Shown here: positions 61,506 to 64,000 of the stretch, piece by piece
Position numbering within the stretch: the stretch's first letter is position 1
How the letters are laid out: each line of letters starts with the position of its first letter
Assembly: GCA_964291265.2 (NCBI GenBank)
Contig: OZ219747.1
Coordinates: 2,304,001-2,368,000 of the forward strand
Source: Alphaproteobacteria bacterium
Lineage (GTDB): Bacteria > Pseudomonadota > Alphaproteobacteria > SP197
DNA: 64,000 bases
Direction of reading: 5' to 3'
Notes under the pieces: model-generated
Seen by the model: only the letters and a program-made list of their open reading frames with translations
Told to the model about the DNA's origin: nothing
Databases searched by the model: none
Made by a program: the position numbers and the translations under genes

Positions 61506-62638
61506 ACCTCGACCCTCCCACCCAGGGCCGAAACAAGGGACTCGGCTACCTCGTGAACCGTGTCATCGGCAAGATGCGTGTACTTGAGCGTGGTCGCTGG
61601 ATCAGTGTGGCCCAGAAGCTTGCCTATGGTGGGGATCGTCTCGCCATGAGCGAGTGCTATCGAGGCGTAGGTGTGACGCAAGTCATGGCAGCGAACATCC
61701 GCGATCCCCGCCTCCGAGCGCACATTGAGCCAGAAGCGGTGGAGCCCACCCGCCGAAAGGTGGCGACCTCCACGGGGAGACGGGAACATCCAGCGGCCCC
61801 TTCGGGGCAGCCCGTCAAGGATCCGGCGTGCCGCTGATGACAGCCAGACCGTGCGCGGGCCCGTCTTGCTGTCACGCAAGTAGAGCTTGCCCTCACGGTA
61901 GTCCGACCACCGGAGACCGAGAACCTCGCTCTTGCGACATCCGGTCAGAAGCAGCAATCGCACGATCGCGGCCAACAGGGAGCTCTTTTCGCGCTTGTCG
62001 TTGAGAACTCGGCCCAAGCGCCTGATCTCGTCGTGGCTGAGGAACCTCTCGCGATGGCGTCGGCGGTAGCGCTTGATGCCTTTGCAAGGATTGGAGCCTT
62101 CCGGACGATAGCCGTAGACCTCGGCCTGCCGCATGATGACGGAAAGAACCGGCGCTGAACGGTCCGCGGCAACGGGCGTGGCATGAAGTGAAGCGAACCA
62201 GCGCTGAACGTCGTGTCGCGTGATGTCCCTTATGGCACGCCCCTTGAAACACGGCAGGATCTGGTTCCTGAGGTAGCCGAGATTGACCTCCAGGGTGCGT
62301 GGCTTCCAGTGCCTCCGGTATCGCTTGAAGACCTCGTCTGCGACATCCTCGAACAGGATGGCTTCGGTCTCGACAGGCAAGGCTCCGTCAGTCGTGGAGC
62401 GTGACGCGAGAAGGGATGTTGCCTTGTTCCGGGCGCACTCCAGAGCCATGGCCCCGGCGTCGCCTATGGGGTGCCAGACCCTCTTGCCGTCGACCTGGCT
62501 GTGAAGGAAGTACCGCTTGCGGCCTGAGGGGAGGATACGCACACCGAAACCCCGGATGACGGTATCCCGAACGTCGAGGGTCTTCTTGTCCGGTTTGAGG
62601 GTATCGACCCGTCGTTGCGTGAGGTGTCTCTTCGGCAT
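61502..62638 (-). CDS. Tyrosine recombinase/integrase 1 with arm-binding N-terminus
   Basis: DTVIRGFGVRI, TGCRKSEV, DSKTG, HDLRHTYAS, LLGH, TLKYTH; ATGA-coupled to integrase 2. Confidence 0.95.
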   Translation of the reverse strand: MPKRHLTQRRVDTLKPDKKTLDVRDTVIRGFGVRILPSGRKRYFLHSQVDGKRVWHPIGDAGAMALECARNKATSLLASRSTTDGALPVETEAILFEDVADEVFKRYRRHWKPRTLEVNLGYLRNQILPCFKGRAIRDITRHDVQRWFASLHATPVAADRSAPVLSVIMRQAEVYGYRPEGSNPCKGIKRYRRRHRERFLSHDEIRRLGRVLNDKREKSSLLAAIVRLLLLTGCRKSEVLGLRWSDYREGKLYLRDSKTGPRTVWLSSAARRILDGLPRRGRWMFPSPRGGRHLSAGGLHRFWLNVRSEAGIADVRCHDLRHTYASIALAHGETIPTIGKLLGHTDPATTLKYTHLADDTVHEVAESLVSALGGRVEV

Positions 62639-62755
62639 GGCATTCTCCCCGATTCCTGTTGCACCGGGGGGTACGGAAACGACATGAACCCGCTTCCCCG
62701 GCGAAACTTCGTGAGAGAGAACGCTTATTGTTTCAGTTGGTTACAGTTCCGTTTA

Positions 62756-62779
62756 GCACCACAGGTGCGCGGTAGGTGT
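62756..62779 (+). other. Right junction: hairpin GCACC-ACA-GGTGC plus direct repeat CGCGGTAGGTGT; candidate MOBF oriT/nic half-site
   Basis: Hairpin at 62756-62768 and repeat at 62768-62779 are seen directly; the likeness to R388 and IncN nic regions is from memory. Confidence 0.7.
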
Positions 62780-63497
62780 GCAGCTCGTCGAGGACCAGAA
62801 ACCGGAGTCCCACAGCATGTTCGCGAATCGCCTTGTCGGTCTCGAGGAACCGCGTCATGACCAGCTCGAGCATGACGTAGTTGGTCAGCAGAATATCGGG
62901 AGGGTTCTTCGCGATCAGCTCGCGCTCCTCCTGGGTTTCCTGTCCTGTATAACGGGCGAAGGTGACCGGCTCGCCGCCTTCGCCGTAACCAAGCCGCAGA
63001 TACTTCTCCAGTTCCTCGCGCTGGCTGTTGCAGAGCGCATTCATCGGATAGACGACGATGGCCGTGATGCCGCGATAGATGTCGTCGGCGCGTTTCCGCC
63101 GCAACACGTCGTCGACGATGGGGATGAAGTAGGCGAGCGACTTGCCCGAGCCCGTGCCGGTGGTCAGGACATAGCTCTCGCCGCGTCCGGCAATTCCGAT
63201 GGCGTCTGTCTGGTGCCGGTGCAGCAGGAGGCGCTCGCCGAACGTGTCATCTGGACGCTTGAGCCGGAAGACTCTCGCGCATTCCGGGTCGAGTGTGCCG
63301 TCAGCGACCAGGTCGTCGATGTATCCGCCCCGCTCGAAGTTAGGATTGAGCTGGATGAGCGGGGTCGGCCAGAAGTGGCCTGCGGCATAGGCTGCATCGA
63401 CTACGCGGGAGATGTCCTCGGCGCGGATCCTGGAGAAGCTTCGGGAAAACCGCTCGTATTCGGCGACGAGCTCTTCCCGGAAGGCGAAGACATCCAT
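62768..63497 (-). pseudogene. DEAD/DEAH helicase, upstream part of the interrupted gene
   Basis: HRHQ, TTGTGSGKSLAY, YPMNALCNSQ, RYTGQE, PPDILLTNYVMLE, LVLDELHTYR, then breaks at the repeat. Confidence 0.92.
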
Positions 63498-64000
63498 CAG
63501 CGGCTCCCCGCCGCGGCGGCATTGGCATGCGCCTCGATCACGGCGCACCGCTCCATCAGGGCATCGAACGATTCGGTGTCGTCCAGCAGCATGCCATCGG
63601 CGAGCATCCGGGCGTAGTCATCGGCGAGTACCGCACGCGCGGCGCCGGAGGGGACGAGTTGGAGGTCACCGGAAACCGCGACTTCGTAATCAATCCTCGA
63701 GCCGGTCGCGTCGTTCTCTGTGAAGAACATCGCCTTGTGGCGGGCAACCGACAGGGCGAGGGCGCGATCGGCGAGCGCGTTTGCCGCAATCCCCGCCTCG
63801 TCAAGACGCGCGAGATCGTGCCAATGCCTCGACAGACGCTCGCCGCGCTGCCGCTCCTGGCGGCAGAAGACATGGATGGCGGTCGCTTTCTCCCAGAACG
63901 TGCGCTCCGCCAGCATGACGGCGGGGCTCGCCTCGGGAAACGCAAGGTCCGGCAAATGCGCAGCTGCGTCGCAAACGACCGGATGAATTGTGTGCGGCTC
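63497..64000 (-). CDS. AbiEii/AbiGii-family nucleotidyltransferase toxin, 5' part outside the window
   Basis: AERTFWEKAT..H, SRHWHDL, HKAMFF, DYARM; its TGA overlaps the helicase ATG. Confidence 0.85.
   Translation of the reverse strand, partial: EPHTIHPVVCDAAAHLPDLAFPEASPAVMLAERTFWEKATAIHVFCRQERQRGERLSRHWHDLARLDEAGIAANALADRALALSVARHKAMFFTENDATGSRIDYEVAVSGDLQLVPSGAARAVLADDYARMLADGMLLDDTESFDALMERCAVIEAHANAAAAGSR

Larger units (their letters stand above)
34082..62779. mobile_element. ~28.7 kb integrative mobilizable element inserted in the helicase gene
   Basis: Exact 12-bp flanking direct repeats; removing the element restores LDELHTYRGRQGADVAM; encodes a relaxase and two integrases; no T4SS, T4CP or rep gene seen. 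Confidence 0.93.

Noticed and set aside
60348-62638. RIT element or prophage integrase
   Set aside because: There are two recombinases, not three, both with arm-binding domains, and no phage genes.
62700-62755. IHF sites near the element ends
   Set aside because: AT-rich, but with only partial matches to WATCAANNNNTTR.
33015-63497. Naming the split helicase as DISARM DrmA/B or another specific system
   Set aside because: The C-terminal domains and partner genes are missing, so no specific assignment is supportable.

Overview
GC-rich bacterial DNA, probably an alphaproteobacterium (inferred from the cysK-alaX-sseA-GNAT-metC and ppk-ppx gene order). Positions 1 to about 31.8 kb are housekeeping and catabolic genes: typA, a polyamine-type ABC transporter with a Rieske oxygenase, a sulfur cluster, ppk1/ppx/sixA, and a GS-like ligase/amidohydrolase pair facing a Liv-type ABC/aminotransferase operon. 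From about 32 kb to the end is a nested, decaying accessory island. Its main feature is a ~28.7 kb element (34082-62779) inserted in the DELHTYRG motif of a DEAD/DEAH helicase gene and bounded by an exact 12-bp direct repeat, CGCGGTAGGTGT. Joining the element ends gives GCACC-ACA-GGTGC-GCGGTAGGTGT^AAGC, which closely resembles a MOBF oriT (hairpin plus nic), so the attachment site appears to be the relaxase nic site. The element carries three RHH proteins, a 2249-aa MOBF relaxase, two tandem tyrosine recombinases, a SNF2/DUF1156/HEPN-DUF499 restriction-like operon, an HNH gene and two stacked IS elements. All family assignments come from motif recognition by eye, not from database searches.
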